A DNA stretch of 64,000 nt from Octopus vulgaris (Eukaryota): the NCBI GenBank assembly GCA_951406725.2, contig OX597829.1:3410001-3474000 (forward strand), in the 5' to 3' direction. The translations under genes were made by a program, and so were the position numbers. The first letter of the stretch is position 1. Each line of letters begins with the position of its first letter. Under the pieces are notes generated by a model. The model had not been told where the DNA came from. It made no database searches and worked only from the letters and a program-made list of their open reading frames with translations. This document shows, one piece after another, positions 1 through 13,602 of the stretch.

Positions 1-23
1 ACGCACTTTATCCTAATGTAATA

Positions 24-66
<43 letters not shown>

Positions 67-2689
67 GTATGTATGTATTATTACATATGAATGTAATGTT
101 TCCATATATGTGTGATAATATATAGAGTAGGTTAGAATATCTGCTGTAATGTAATAATATAAGCCAGGACTTGCTGTCATATTCCATGTAATGTAGTAGT
201 TTCTATCTTCTTACCTGTTTTTATTTCTTATATTCATATCCATATGAATCTTCATTCTAATCACACATTTCTCTTGTCTATTGTAATTGCTTATTTCTTA
301 TTCTTCTTGTAATTGCTTTTCCAAACCACACATAATCTTAAAAAAAGACAATTAGAAAAAATGAACCAGCTTTAAATCTTGCTTAAACTAAATTTAATAT
401 TTGCTCATTTCTCATGCATATATTATATTGGTTAATTTCATATTCTATCCCTGACATTCACTGAGTGTATATGCATACAAATTATGTATATACACACTGG
501 TGTATTATTATTTAAGACATGTATACAATATAATCCTGAAACCTTGCTAATTATTTATATAATATTATGTCTTGAAGTCTCTCAACCATGTTCTACCCAG
601 TTCTCATTATTTCTCTTTGTATCACATTTATATACACAAACGCACACAAAGTTGATGTTTATTTTGTCCCCTTTTCTTCACTATTGCATACTATATAATA
701 TACACGTACACATCTATAATATTCAGACCGAGATCTGCCTTATTTCGTGTCTCAACTATTTAATACTCTTCAACCTTGTTCTCATGTAAGATGGCGCCCG
801 CCCGACACTCAACAAACTCTTAATTCACTTCTTTCTTTCTTAAACACATTTCTCTCGACATATATTACTACATCGATGTTCATATCTTTTCTCCCCTACT
901 TTTATAAATTGTATATTTCCTACATGAACAGATCTTATTCTGTTCTTTTTAATTTTTTTTTCCTTACCCTCTTAGCCACACACTATTAGTAACATACATA
1001 CACACACATACTATTAGTAACACACACATACTATTAGTAATATACATACACACACACACACATACATTTATGTATACACACACGCACACATAGTGATATG
1101 TAATAGACACACATGCGCTTCACATGGCATTTTCTCTTCTACACACACATTAATACAGACACGCACTTTATCTGTTCTTCACTTTATATCAAAAATGGTC
1201 GATGCACTAACTTTTCGGGGTCTTTTTCATTTTATTTAATTCCTTTCTAAATAAATTCCCCCCCGTCTTGAAGCGACGTTCCCATTATTTCTGTCGGATC
1301 CACATGGATGTTTGTGTATCTTATTATCTACGGAGGTGTATAGCATTGGAATTATTATTATAAATGTGGAAACATTGCCGTTGTTTCCTTGTTTAATTTG
1401 GGTAAAGAGAGTGAGAGAGAAAAGTTATCGATCTCCCAAGTGAATTATTATTTGCTGGAGAAGAAGGAGATCTGGCCAGGCAGGCAGGCATTTTCACAGT
1501 TAAATAACCATTCCGGTTAGTTATATCGTTGGTAATGGCCAACACACATAAAAAAAAAAAAACCCCAATTAACTTGAAATATTTTGTGCAAAAAGATGAG
1601 TTTTATGTAAGAAAATAATATTTCAAAATTGGTGGCTTTCGGCGGGGATCTTGGCGTCATTATTGTTTAGCCCCAGGTCAACCTGGATTGAGCAAATATA
1701 TGTAACAGACAGATATTAATTTCAGTCTTGACCATCCCCTTCTTGTATGGTAAAATGTACATTTTATAAAGAACCATCCTTCTTTCAAGAGGGTGGGATG
1801 TCAGGGGGGTATTTTTTTAGCTGCTATTTCTAGCGACCATGTGCATTCTTCTGTCATTGTCTCTATTTATTACAGGTAGATATAGGTAAAAATGGGCCAT
1901 TTAGAAAAAAAAAAAAAAAACTCGGAATTTTTTTGTCGAATGTAATCATTGGTGTTTGCCTTGTTTCTGTAACTGAGGCAAATAAAAAAAAAGGGGGGGG
2001 CTGCACGTAACTTTCGATTTGCTAGAAATAACAGTCAAGTCTTCCCGCCTTAGATTATCACATTGTGCCCAAGGGAGGAAAAAACCTGGATGATCACGGT
2101 TGGAATAATGCTGCTTTTAATCATAAGCTCTGCCTAATAGGAAAGCTGTGTCTCAGCCATTAGCTTGCAATATTGCTGTTAAATGTAGTACAGCACTTTT
2201 TTTGTTTTATTGCTAGGCACAAACAATTGTAGAAAAGCCATATTTTGCCTGTCATGCAACTCCACCACCATCAGTCTAACAACTTAGGGTTCTGAGTTCA
2301 GACTCTGCTGAAATCAAGCTTCTTTTTTTTTATCCTTGTACGGTGGTGGTGGTCAATAAATTGATGTACCTTTCAAGTACAGAGATTGGTTTAATCTTTC
2401 TGTTAAGGTGTCCTAGTTGTGAATGAGATTTTGTCCAAATTCGATCAACACTATCTTCTTTCTGACTTGTGCATATAATTTTGTTGTGGCAAGTTTCGCA
2501 ATCAAACTCCAAATTGGTTACAAAGAAAGAAGGTAGAAGCAATTAGGCATTTTTAAAAATCGTTAATATGTGGCACTATTTCTTTCTATTTTATTCGATT
2601 TGAGCCACAATTTATTGAAGGAAGACACTTCCCGCTTTTATGTGCCCCCACCTCCGCTCCGGAAACTACAAAGTTAATCTTTTATAATG

Positions 2690-3055
2690 ATAATCCTTTC
2701 TATTATATAGGCACAAAGCATGAAATTTTGGGGGAGGGGGCCAGTTAATTACATTGACCCTAGTGCGCAATTGGTACTTATTTTATCGACCCCGAAAGGA
2801 AGAAAGGCAAAGCGATCTCGGTGGAGTTTGAACCCAGAATGTAAAACTAGAAGAAATGCCGCGAAGCATTTTGTCCGGGTGTGCTAACGATTCTGCCATC
2901 TAATAATGCATTGTAAGGTTATAAAATCGACTCCAACCCTCAGAGGATGAAAGGCACGTCGACCTCGGTGGTGTTTGAACACAGAACGTAAAAAAGGGGG
3001 ACGTAGCAGAAAGACCAGAGGCATTTTGACCGATGCTCTAACCATTCTGCCAATC
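2690..3055 (-). mobile_element. Two adjacent tRNA-derived SINE copies (Meta-domain-like); related copies ~23940-24060, 25390-25600
   Basis: ggtacttattttatcgaccccgaaagga..aaaggcaaag..ctcggtggagtttgaacccaga; B-box-like gttcaaa on minus strand. Confidence 0.7.
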
Positions 3056-3444
3056 CATTTAATTTAATGCCAATCTGCTTTTGAGTTTACACGCACATAA
3101 CATGCATACATAGACACAGTAGCAGAGGTGTTTCTACCTTGTCTCTCTCTCAACTATTTAATACTTTCAACCTTGTTCTCGTGTAAGATGGCGTCCACCC
3201 GACTCGCAACAAACTCTTAAATTCACTTTGTTAAGCACAAATTATTTTTCCTCTTCTAGTGCACATCACATATAGCTGACATTTTCTTAACCACAGCAAT
3301 ATTGCATGGCTAAGATATATTTCCCCTCTTTAGTCTCCATATCTTCATTTTATTCGTCTATCACTGATAAAGATACATTATTTCATTGTAGCCTTCTGTA
3401 TTACTATGTATGTCTATGCATTATATACATGCAAAAAATACTGC

Positions 3445-3630
3445 CTGTCTATCTATATCTATCTTCTATCTATCAATCATCTATCTATATTCCATCTATG
3501 TATCAATCTATCATCTGTCTGTCTATCTATCTATCTCTCTCTCTGTCTATCTATCTCTATCTATCTATCTATCATCCATCTATTGTCTATCATGTATCAT
3601 CCATCCATCCAACTATCTGTCTATATCTGC
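3445..3630. repeat. (TATC/CATC)n tetranucleotide microsatellite
   Basis: Direct reading. Confidence 0.9.
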
Positions 3631-5526
3631 ATATACACAGAGAGTGAGACACACACACACAGACAGACATTTATATGTATATTCCATTCTATTCTCTTTA
3701 TTCTCCACTAATGTCAAACAAGATGGCCGACGCACAAAATTTTCGTCAAAACATTTATAATTATTTGTGCCTATTATTCGCATCGTTTCTGTTTTATGAA
3801 TTCGAATCACGCCTAGCAAGAAACTTTGTTTTTCATCCTTCCTGATGTAAATAGATATAGTAAATTACCAGTTAAATATTGATTTGATGTAATTATTGTC
3901 CAACACATTTCATCTTGTCCATTTCTTTTTCTCTCTCCACCACACAGAAATGTAATCTTGTTTCTACCAGGTTTGGATTTCGAGTCCAGCTTAGGTTGGC
4001 TCTGCCATTCAACTCCTCTCACTGCAGAGGGAATATAGTTTAAGTGCTAATGTAATACAGTAATCGGTTTAATCAGTTACATATATTATCTCACTAAAAT
4101 CTGAGGCCTTGTGCTTTTGTAAGAAATCAATGCTCTGAACTGGAATCCCGCCTGGCTTCAATTTTTTCCCTTTCATCTTTCCTGAGTGAAGATATAATTA
4201 TGTACTCGTTGTTCACCTCTTCAACACCCGACCGAGCAGAACTACTTTCAAAAACTCTTCCAAGCGTGTCCGTCTCGGCTTTTCTATCTATGTCACATGT
4301 CTTTCTCGGTCATATGTAATCTGAAGACATTTAAGCCGCTCTTAATTATAATTTGGCAGTTGAAGCTCGTCTTAAAAGCGACCCTTGCTTGCTCGACAAA
4401 GTACCAGTAAAATAATAATCGATTTAATCGTCTATCCTACCCTCCTCCCATAAATACACTCGGTTCCTGACTTGTATTTCTTAATTATTACCACCACCAC
4501 CACCACCACCAGCCACAATCACTGACTCTATAACCACTGCCATCATTTCCTCATTAAAGATGCGATATTTCCATTGTTTTAAATAAACTCCAGCAATTCA
4601 TTTTCTTTTGAATCGTATATTTAAACAGTGAAGTAAATATATAATGAAAGAAACAACTTTTGTTATTAACGAGCTGGCTAGGTGTGGGTTAATCTTCTTC
4701 GGCTAGTTGTGCTCGTAGTCGTTCCATTTCTGGCCATCCCCTCATTTTGGAGGTGTCGAAGATTACATTGTGTGTGTGTGTGTGTGTTCCTTCTCTCACT
4801 TTAAGACAATAGAGTGGTATGATTTGAAGGTAATCTGGCTGCTATTTCTAACAGGTCTTGTGGGCATCCATGTATGGAGATTCCTCTTTGGTTTGGAGCT
4901 AGCTCTAATTTGGATGTATGTTTCGGTATAGTTTTTCTTGTAAGCTCCATAATTTTTTTTTTTTTATAATGGCAATCATACCTAAAATAATTTCTGTGAT
5001 GATTACAACATAATTGGAAGACGTTTAATTAATTTATTTTTGCTTGAGCTAATATATTTAGTAAATGTCTGTTTTCATTATTCAGGAAATATCTAATCCA
5101 GTTTCAGTATGTGTTGCATGTAAATGAAATATGAAAGATATTGTTTATCATCATTATACATAATTATAACAATTTGGATTATGAAATGATTAATTCTAGG
5201 TAAACAACATTTAAGGTTCCTCACATTTACCTGCATCTGGATGCATTCCAAACAGCTGTAGAATTACATTTTAACTATACACGTTCCAGGGGCTTAAGAG
5301 ATTTTATTAGCATCGCTGAACATTTTAAAATACTACCACTATGTTGATACTGTCATGGCTAATATATTTACCATTTCTTTTGTGTCTATGAAGACATCTG
5401 TTGGAATTGTTTCCAATACAGGCTATTTGCTAATCTTTGCCACGTAATTGTTCTTCAGCCATCACAACCAAGGTCTTGTTGAAGCACCAACTAATATGTA
5501 TATTATTATATACACATATCTCTGTG

Positions 5527-5586
<60 letters not shown>

Positions 5587-6625
5587 TGCTCACATGTGAG
5601 TGTGTGTGCATATATGCCTTTTTCCACACTGACTTTGTTTCATGTACAGTTTGGGCTTCATAAATCTAGCAACCCTTGGGCCTAGCCATTGCTGGGCTAT
5701 AGTAAAAATAAAAAATAGGCTTCCCTTATAAACATTACTATCTAAATGTTTGAACTGTTGTTCTGTCGTAAACTACTTAATAAGTATGCCTTGTAATTCA
5801 GTGCTCTTGGAACCGTTAAAAATTTCTGACTTTCATTTTCATATAGATGTCCCTGTAATTTGACTTTAAGCATAGTGTATGGTTTTGCTCATTTCTAAGG
5901 ACTGACTACATTTTGCACCTCTTGGATGAAATGCTGAAGGATCAAAATGAATATCAGCAGTCAGAATTAGTGAAACTGCATGGAATTGTGTTTGAGTGGG
6001 ACTCGTAATCATAAGATTATAGGTTCAATTCCTGGACTAGTTGTGTTCTTGGGTAAGGTACACCAGTTCACGTTTCTTCACTCTACTCAGCTGTAAATAA
6101 ACATCAGCCTTGGCCCACATTTTCTCCCCCCACCTCTCTCTAGTTTTCATATTCTCAATGTTTTGCTGGATCAAAGTTGGGAGGACTAAGTATATCTATA
6201 TCGGCTCATGACTAATATAAGCACAAAACAATTAGTGAAAAAGTGGTACAAACTACTAGTGTATGAGTAATTGGTGAAGCTGTCAAGAATTATGAGGAGT
6301 GTTTCACAAAATACTTTGCAGTGATAAAGCTGCTAACAATGCCATATTAATGGTAGAAAAACTAATTCTGGTAGATTACAAAGCTTATTGGTTTAAGAGA
6401 TTCATTCTGCACCAGTTATATACTTAATTACTAAACTACTCTTTTATATATATAATAAAGGTAAGCAGAGTTAGCAGTTGTAATAACCATCTGAGGGATA
6501 ATAGTATCTGTTCTTACTATCGGTATCAATTACAATTCTGTCCCTGAGCATGGATATGTAGGCACACTATGCTTATAGGGTACAGGTAACAACAAAACAA
6601 ACAAAAGTTTATGAGGGATCAAATT

Positions 6626-6764
6626 AATCAGAAAACGGAGAAAACTTATGATTAACAAATTGACCAACATCGGTTGATTATTTTTTTATACAAAACATGG
6701 CATGTTTTGTATTAAAAAATAATCAACTGATATTTGTTAATAGGTTTTCTCAATTTTCTGATCA
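6626..6764. repeat. Imperfect palindrome centred at 6700
   Basis: gttgattatttttttatacaaaacatg-g-catgttttgtattaaaaaataatcaac, with outer arms tcagaaaa..gagaaaac / gttttctc..ttttctga. Confidence 0.85.
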
Positions 6765-7537
6765 TTTAAATTTATATATATAAAAGTATAACCAGCTTCA
6801 TGATGCATACAATGCAAGCATTGTATGATATAGAATGCAATTGCAGGTGTAGTGGAAAGGTATGTTTATTATATCCTACCCAGTCTACTCTAATTTCACC
6901 TGACTACTGACTACAGCTGTAGCTGGAATTAAGGAATTGTATAAGGAGAGTAATGGAAAGCTCTGGATCTGGAGTGGGTAGGGAAAGTTTGTAAGTTGCT
7001 TTACATGATGTAAAATAAAGGAAGTAAATGAACCAGTGTATGTTAGTGGGTGTGTCAATATTATTGCTTTTCTGTTTAAGGTGTGTATGTATGCCTGTAT
7101 ATGTGTGTATGTTTTTATATATATACATATACACATACAGGTGTGTCATATATATCATCATCATTTAATGTCTGTTGTCCATGCTGGCATGAGTTGGATG
7201 GTTTGACCAGGGCTGGAAGGCTGCACCAGACTCTAGACTGATTTAGCATGGTTTCTACAGCTGGATGCCCTCCGTTATGCCAACTAATCTAGGAGTATAA
7301 TAGGTGGTTTTACGTGTCACTGGCACAAGTGCCTTTTGTGTGACACTAGTATCTGTCACAGCTGTGGTTTTGTTTGGCTTGATGGGTCTTTTCAAGCACA
7401 GCAAAATGCCAAAGGTCTCATCATTGCCTCCATGAAGCCAATCACTTGAAAGAAGCTCAGCCACTGTATACATATATGTATATATATCAGCAAATATGTA
7501 TACATGCTTACCAGATAAAAATATGTATGTACACACA

Positions 7538-7579
<42 letters not shown>

Positions 7580-8530
7580 TGTGTGTATATATATATATAT
7601 ATATGTACATACATGTGTATCAAATGTGTATGCACTATGAAATGTGATATGAAGCCAAAGTTTTGGGCTTAGTTTTAAGTCCCATATTCCATTCCTACAT
7701 CCAGTACAATATGACTTCAGGCATCAAACCATGGGACATGAGCAACCTAATAAAATACAGGAATCGTATTTGGTAACTTACGCTTTATAAAACGTACATG
7801 TTCTGGCAAATTACTGTCTGGAGTATATAATTGCTTGTTGAAATATACAATCTTGTTAAATCATCTCTTCAGTGTTTAGACTTTCATGCATACCTGGTTA
7901 GTTTTTCTCTGAATCAGTTCAGCTTAGCTGCAAATTTTATAATTAAAAAACATAAAATCAGCTTTTTTGTTTGTGATATTTGTATGTCCATGTTTGTTAC
8001 TTACAATGTTTTATTACTTCACATTTTTTTTTTTTTAGTATCTCTTAGAGTGAGTTAATAGCTATAAATGAACATAATTATTTTTATGACAAATGACTAA
8101 GTCTTTTCTGCAATACTGGCAATTATCATAGTCATCTGACCTTAAGTAAATACCTCCACTAAATTTGAATAAATAAACCCATTTTTATTTATTTTCTGTT
8201 CAGTCATTTGCAAGACTTTTGAACAGGATGTTAAATGTTTTAATATGTTAAAACTGAAGTGATAACTATGGCATTGTTGTACACTTTGTAGTTGGCTTTA
8301 AAGTATGTTGGATATGAATTTCCAAATATATTTTGTGTGCTGTATCATTGCGTAGATTACTGTAATTACTTCTCATATTTAGTGGAATCATGTATTTTTT
8401 CTGTTCAGTTTTATTGTGTAGTGAATAAGTCATGATGATTTCTTGTTATAATCCTGGAAAAATTTTAACTTATTTAACAAATTTTCATACCTGATATTAA
8501 GACACATTTTACATAATTCATATGTTTCAG

Positions 8531-8580
8531 ATGATTGAAGCTATTCGGGTTTTACGCTATCACGTATTGGAACTGGAAAA
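8531..8580 (+). CDS. Isolated exon encoding a MEIS/PKNOX (homothorax-like) MEINOX-domain segment MIEAIRVLRYHVLELE(K)
   Basis: tttcag acceptor, gtaagt donor; peptide closely matches Meis/Hth MIQAIQVLRFHLLELEK. No other exons of the gene were recognised. Confidence 0.75.
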
Positions 8581-8981
8581 GTAAGTAATAACTCTTGGCT
8601 TTTCATAACTATGGAATTTCAATTATTAAAGAAACATTGAGGGAGGGTCCAATTGGCATTTGCTTGAATAACAAATCTTCCTCAAATCACTCTCTACCAT
8701 TTTAAAAAATGGACATACTGGATTGGATACTGTAGTCCTATCTATATACCTACACAAAATACAATGTCCAAATACATCAGTATGTGTAAGTGTATGTATA
8801 TGAATTTATGTGTGAATGTTTGTATACACACATGTATAGATACATACACACACACACACACACACAAATATATACACAAAAACACATTCTTTTATTCTTG
8901 TTTCAGTCATTTGACTGTGACCCTGCTGGAGCCCTGTTGGGGTCGACTAAACAGACACACAAATATACTCACACATGCATG

Positions 8982-9312
8982 AGGAGACCCCCTTCGGTCA
9001 TGAATGACCATGGGATTGCATCTAGAAAGTTACCCTCCAAGGCACAATTCCGGGCAGGTTCTTTGTGGAAGGCCAGCAGTCACCCATGCATGCCAGCCCC
9101 CCCCCCGTCTCCACACCACTGATGTTATCCAAGAGAAAGGCAAATGCCAATACAGCTTGGCACCAGTGATGTCGTAACTCATTTCTACAGCTAAGTTAAC
9201 TGGAGCAATGTGAAATAAAGTGTCATGCTCGAGAACACAACACACAGCCCAGTCTGGGAATCGAACTCACAATCGTAAACTCAACGCTCTAACCACTGAG
9301 CCGTGCGCCTTC
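8982..9312 (-). mobile_element. tRNA-headed SINE
   Basis: Minus strand starts ggcgcacggctcagtggttagagcg..gagttcgattcccagac (A/B boxes). Confidence 0.7.
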
Positions 9313-9446
9313 ACTATTTACACATACATGCATGATGGGATTCTTTCAGTTTCCATCTACCTAATCTACTCAAGGTTTTTGTCAATCCAAGGCTATAGTA
9401 GAAGACACTTGCCCATGGTGCCATACAGTGGGACTGAACTCCTGTG

Positions 9447-9484
<38 letters not shown>

Positions 9485-10170
9485 TGCATGCACCATACAC
9501 ACACACATGTTCATATATAGTTGAGGTGTGTTCTGTTAACGTATAAGAGTACAAATAGAGCTTGTTCACCCTTAGAATTCCCAAATAACCCGTAGTATTC
9601 TTATGGTATGCTACCAATTCTAGTTTTAGGTATTCCTTGTGTGTGAAAATAAAAAGTAAAAAGGGTCAAAAGAAAGAGTAAGTATGGTTAGGCAGTTTTT
9701 TAATCGCTACAAATGTTTCGATACATACAGGTCCTTGTATATACAGGATTGAGTTTAAATTAAATTATTTAACAATTCACCTGTATGAGAAGCCATTGAT
9801 GTTGTAGAATGAAAATCTAAATTTACTTATAAGAGACAGCGACTGAGTATCGTCTGAGAAGATACATATAGATCTTCTTATAGAGGGAAATCATTAATAA
9901 TTTAATTTAAACTTTAAATTCTGTATATACCAGGATGCATGGCGTTTGAAATGTTACGTGGATGACCTTATACTTGTTTGTTCTGCAACCATAGTTTAAT
10001 TTGTCTCATTTAATTGAGCACTTCTACGGCAGTCCTATTAAGCATTTTGTTCCTGATAAGAAACAATCACTTTATTATTGATATATATATATATATATAT
10101 ATATAATTTCAATATTAATATATAGAATATTTGTTGTGTGTATATACACACAGCAACACACACACATACC

Positions 10171-10206
<36 letters not shown>

Positions 10207-10214
10207 TACATATA

Positions 10215-10262
<48 letters not shown>

Positions 10263-10304
10263 TACGTACATATATTCATATATATATATGTGTGTGTGTG
10301 TGTG

Positions 10305-10455
10305 TATATTTATTTTCTGTCCCTGTTTATTTCTGTGTTCCTTTTCTGTTGAAGAGCGTAGGGGCGAAACATAACAGACTTTCTCACTTCCTGGCTGTTA
10401 AGCCAATACATCTTTTGTTTTTTGTTATTTTTTTGTAAATTACAACTATATATGT
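10305..10455 (+). mobile_element. Diverged Penelope terminal-repeat-like fragment
   Basis: cttttctgttgaagagcgtaggggcgaaacataacagactttc...aatacatc resembles 30876-30950. Confidence 0.6.
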
Positions 10456-10638
10456 GTGTATATCAATGTTTTTTTGGTGTCCTGTACCCATATATGTGTG
10501 TATATATACATATGGATGTAGGTATGTACATATACGTATGTGTATATGCATATGTTTGTATATTATTTATGTTTTATATATATATATATTATATAAAGCA
10601 ACACAGAAATAAACAGGGAGAGAAAATATAGATACACA

Positions 10639-10672
<34 letters not shown>

Positions 10673-10939
10673 CACACACACACATATACACTCATGTATA
10701 CACATATACAAACTTCCCTTAGTCTTTTTTTTTTGTAAATTCTGACTATACATATATATACATGTGTGTGTATATATATATATATATATATGCACACACG
10801 CATATATCCACACATATACATATATATACATGTATATACACACACATATACATATATGCACACACATACACACATATTTATATACACATCTATATTTAAA
10901 TTTTACCAAGACAAGCATGTATGTATGCAGACATACACA

Positions 10940-11400
10940 CTCACACATGGTGGTGGTTGTCTACACCTTATGCAGATTTTGACCACCTTCTGTATGTACA
11001 CCATCTGATGTGGCTTTTTAAACTAGACAATGTCTTGAAAAGACACCCACGTAGATTACATATCTGATTTGGACCACCAAAAGCTGAAGTTAAGTTCTGA
11101 TCTTTGTAGATCTTAAAATGTCTTTTAAGGCCTCAGATTTGCAAAGGTATTTCAGCTGCAAAAAACCCATCATCAGAACCTTCTGGCATACATGGTATTG
11201 AAAGGTGTGCACAGACACATACATAAAATAGTTGGTGGAGGTGCGTTTTCCATGGGTTTGCAAATGAGATTTGAGCCCAGCAACCAAAAGGCATGGTCTC
11301 TCACAAACTGTGCACACAAAAAAAGGTCATTGTGATTCACCTTCTCGATCATAACATTCTTAAATCTCCTTTTCAGTATTGCATGCATTATCCTGGCCTC
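10940..11400 (-). mobile_element. RTE-like LINE 3' fragment with C-terminal C2H2 finger
   Basis: CTVCERPCLLVAGLKSHLQTH resembles the terminal zinc finger of some RTE ORFs. Confidence 0.55.
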
Positions 11401-12487
11401 ATACATACACTCATCCATATACTCACAGCACATACATAAATACATACGTATGTGTTAATAGACGTTTACATCCATCTACTTATACACATAAACACACGTT
11501 CACATACATGCATAAGAGCATACATATCCCAAAACAGATTTAGAAGCAAGCACATACATACATACACAGATAGAGATTTACTTAAGTACATATACATGTT
11601 TGTATACAAACATAGCATACATATATACAGGAGCAAAACCAGATATATATGCATATACATCTATGGAAAGCCATGTATTGAGGGAATGCTAAAAATTTAC
11701 GTGTCGTTAAGGAAATATACTTCATTGGGTGGGAGAAGAAGAAAACAGAAATATAGGGAGAAGGAAAAGAGAAAACAAGGTAAAAAGGGGAGGGGGAGAA
11801 AGAGGAGAGGATAATAGGCAAAATTGTATAGATAAAGGTAGGAAGAGAGAGAGAGAGAAAAAAAGGAAGAATAAAGGTAAGGAGAAGTGAGATAGAAGAA
11901 TAAAGAAAACATAATTTGCAGAAAATTATTAAGTAATGGGTAGATAGTACAGTTCTATATTTAAGAGATGAATCTTGTTGTTAACATAACATTTCGGCTG
12001 ATATACCCTCCAGCCATTATCAGATAACTTGGGGAACGTTTGAACCTGGGTTCTCATTCCTAAGGTATTTTTCGATGTTGTTATTATTCAGGTCACTGGT
12101 TGGAATTGAACTGGGAATCTTGAGGTTAGCAGCCTGCACTCTTAACCACTATGCCATATGCCTGTATACTATTTCCCTAAATCTATTTACCAGTTTATAT
12201 TTGGTAAAGAGAATAAAAAATTGCACTTTGTACAGAGATGACAAAAAGATTTCCCTTTATCATAAGGAAGAGATCTAGATAAAATTTTCCATTCTGAAGA
12301 AAGCAGTTAGTCTAAGTTGCCAGATTAATTTAGTAAGTCCAGTGGAATTAGGGTTTCTTGATTGTATTTGAAGGTGAGAGAAATGGTTAGCAAGACTGGA
12401 TTTCAGAAATTTAGAGGATAGATCTATACAAAAGAATTCCTTGTTTTACACACATACACATATTCACATATGCATGTATATATACAT

Positions 12488-12538
<51 letters not shown>

Positions 12539-12541
12539 TAC

Positions 12542-12581
<40 letters not shown>

Positions 12582-12654
12582 GTGTGTGTGTATATATATA
12601 CACACTTTTATAGATATGTATATACGCACACACACACATATAGGTGTAAATTAA

Positions 12655-13080
12655 AACTCTTCTCCCTGGAATGAAGGTGGGAGAGATATGCAGTGATATA
12701 CTTCTGGAAAATCCTAGGTCTTGTACCAAACTTTGGCATAGAAAGTTACTCAAACTGCATGGTGCCAAAGTTCCCAGCATCGCCATCAAAATACAGGACT
12801 AGATACTGCAACAGCTTGGGCTTCAAGGACCCACAGCTCTTTAATATCCTTCCAAAATGCCTGAGAGATCTCCATGGTGTGGATGTAAGTGTCTGTAAAA
12901 CAAAACTGGATCGCTTCCTGATACAGATTCCAGAGAAGCCTACCTCCCAGAAGGAAACACACATGAGGGCAGCAGCATCAAATCCCCTCATTGACCAAAT
13001 GCCACATATCAGAGGGGGTTCCAAACAATGGTGGTGCTCAAGCATGACTACAGCTTTGCAGCTGAAATTTAAAAAAAAAA
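12655..13080 (+). mobile_element. 3' end fragment of a CR1/L2-group LINE with A-rich tail
   Basis: WKILGLVPN...PQLFNILPKCLRD...KTKLDRFL is typical of an ORF2 C-terminus; ends in aaatttaaaaaaaaaa. Confidence 0.75.
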
Positions 13081-13602
13081 TACAGATTTTTTGCTGGAGT
13101 GTCTTATTGACGAGTAGTGTTTTTTTTTTTCACTTTCCTGAAGAGAAGATTGCTTTGTTTTATACCATTTATTCTTTTGAATAACATCAATGAAATTTTC
13201 AAAACGTGTGTCGAAAGTAAAAGTATTTGATTTATACCTGCATTAAACTCTATTTATTTATATATTATACAAAAAATTCCACGTAAACAATGTTTCTACC
13301 TTTATAAACAAGGAGTTACAACCTCTTTACTTGTGTGATATTTTTTGCTACCATGGTAACTATTTATTTATTTTTTCCGTGTTAATTGTTAACAAGGCAA
13401 AAATACACTCATCTATTTATATATACACATGTATATATGTATATATATATGTGTGTGTGTGTATATATATATGTGTGTATATATATATATACATATATAT
13501 ATATATGTGTGTGTATATATATATACATATATATATATAAGTGTATATATATATGTGTATACATATGTGTATACATATATGCGTATATGTATGTATATAT
13601 AA

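Noticed and set aside
5086-5106. Possible 21-nt microexon (EISNPVS) with cag/gtatgt upstream of the MEIS-like exon
   Set aside because: Too short to distinguish from chance; similarity to Meis SNPELD is marginal.
9250-9312. tRNA-like A/B boxes
   Set aside because: No complete cloverleaf; these are SINE heads.
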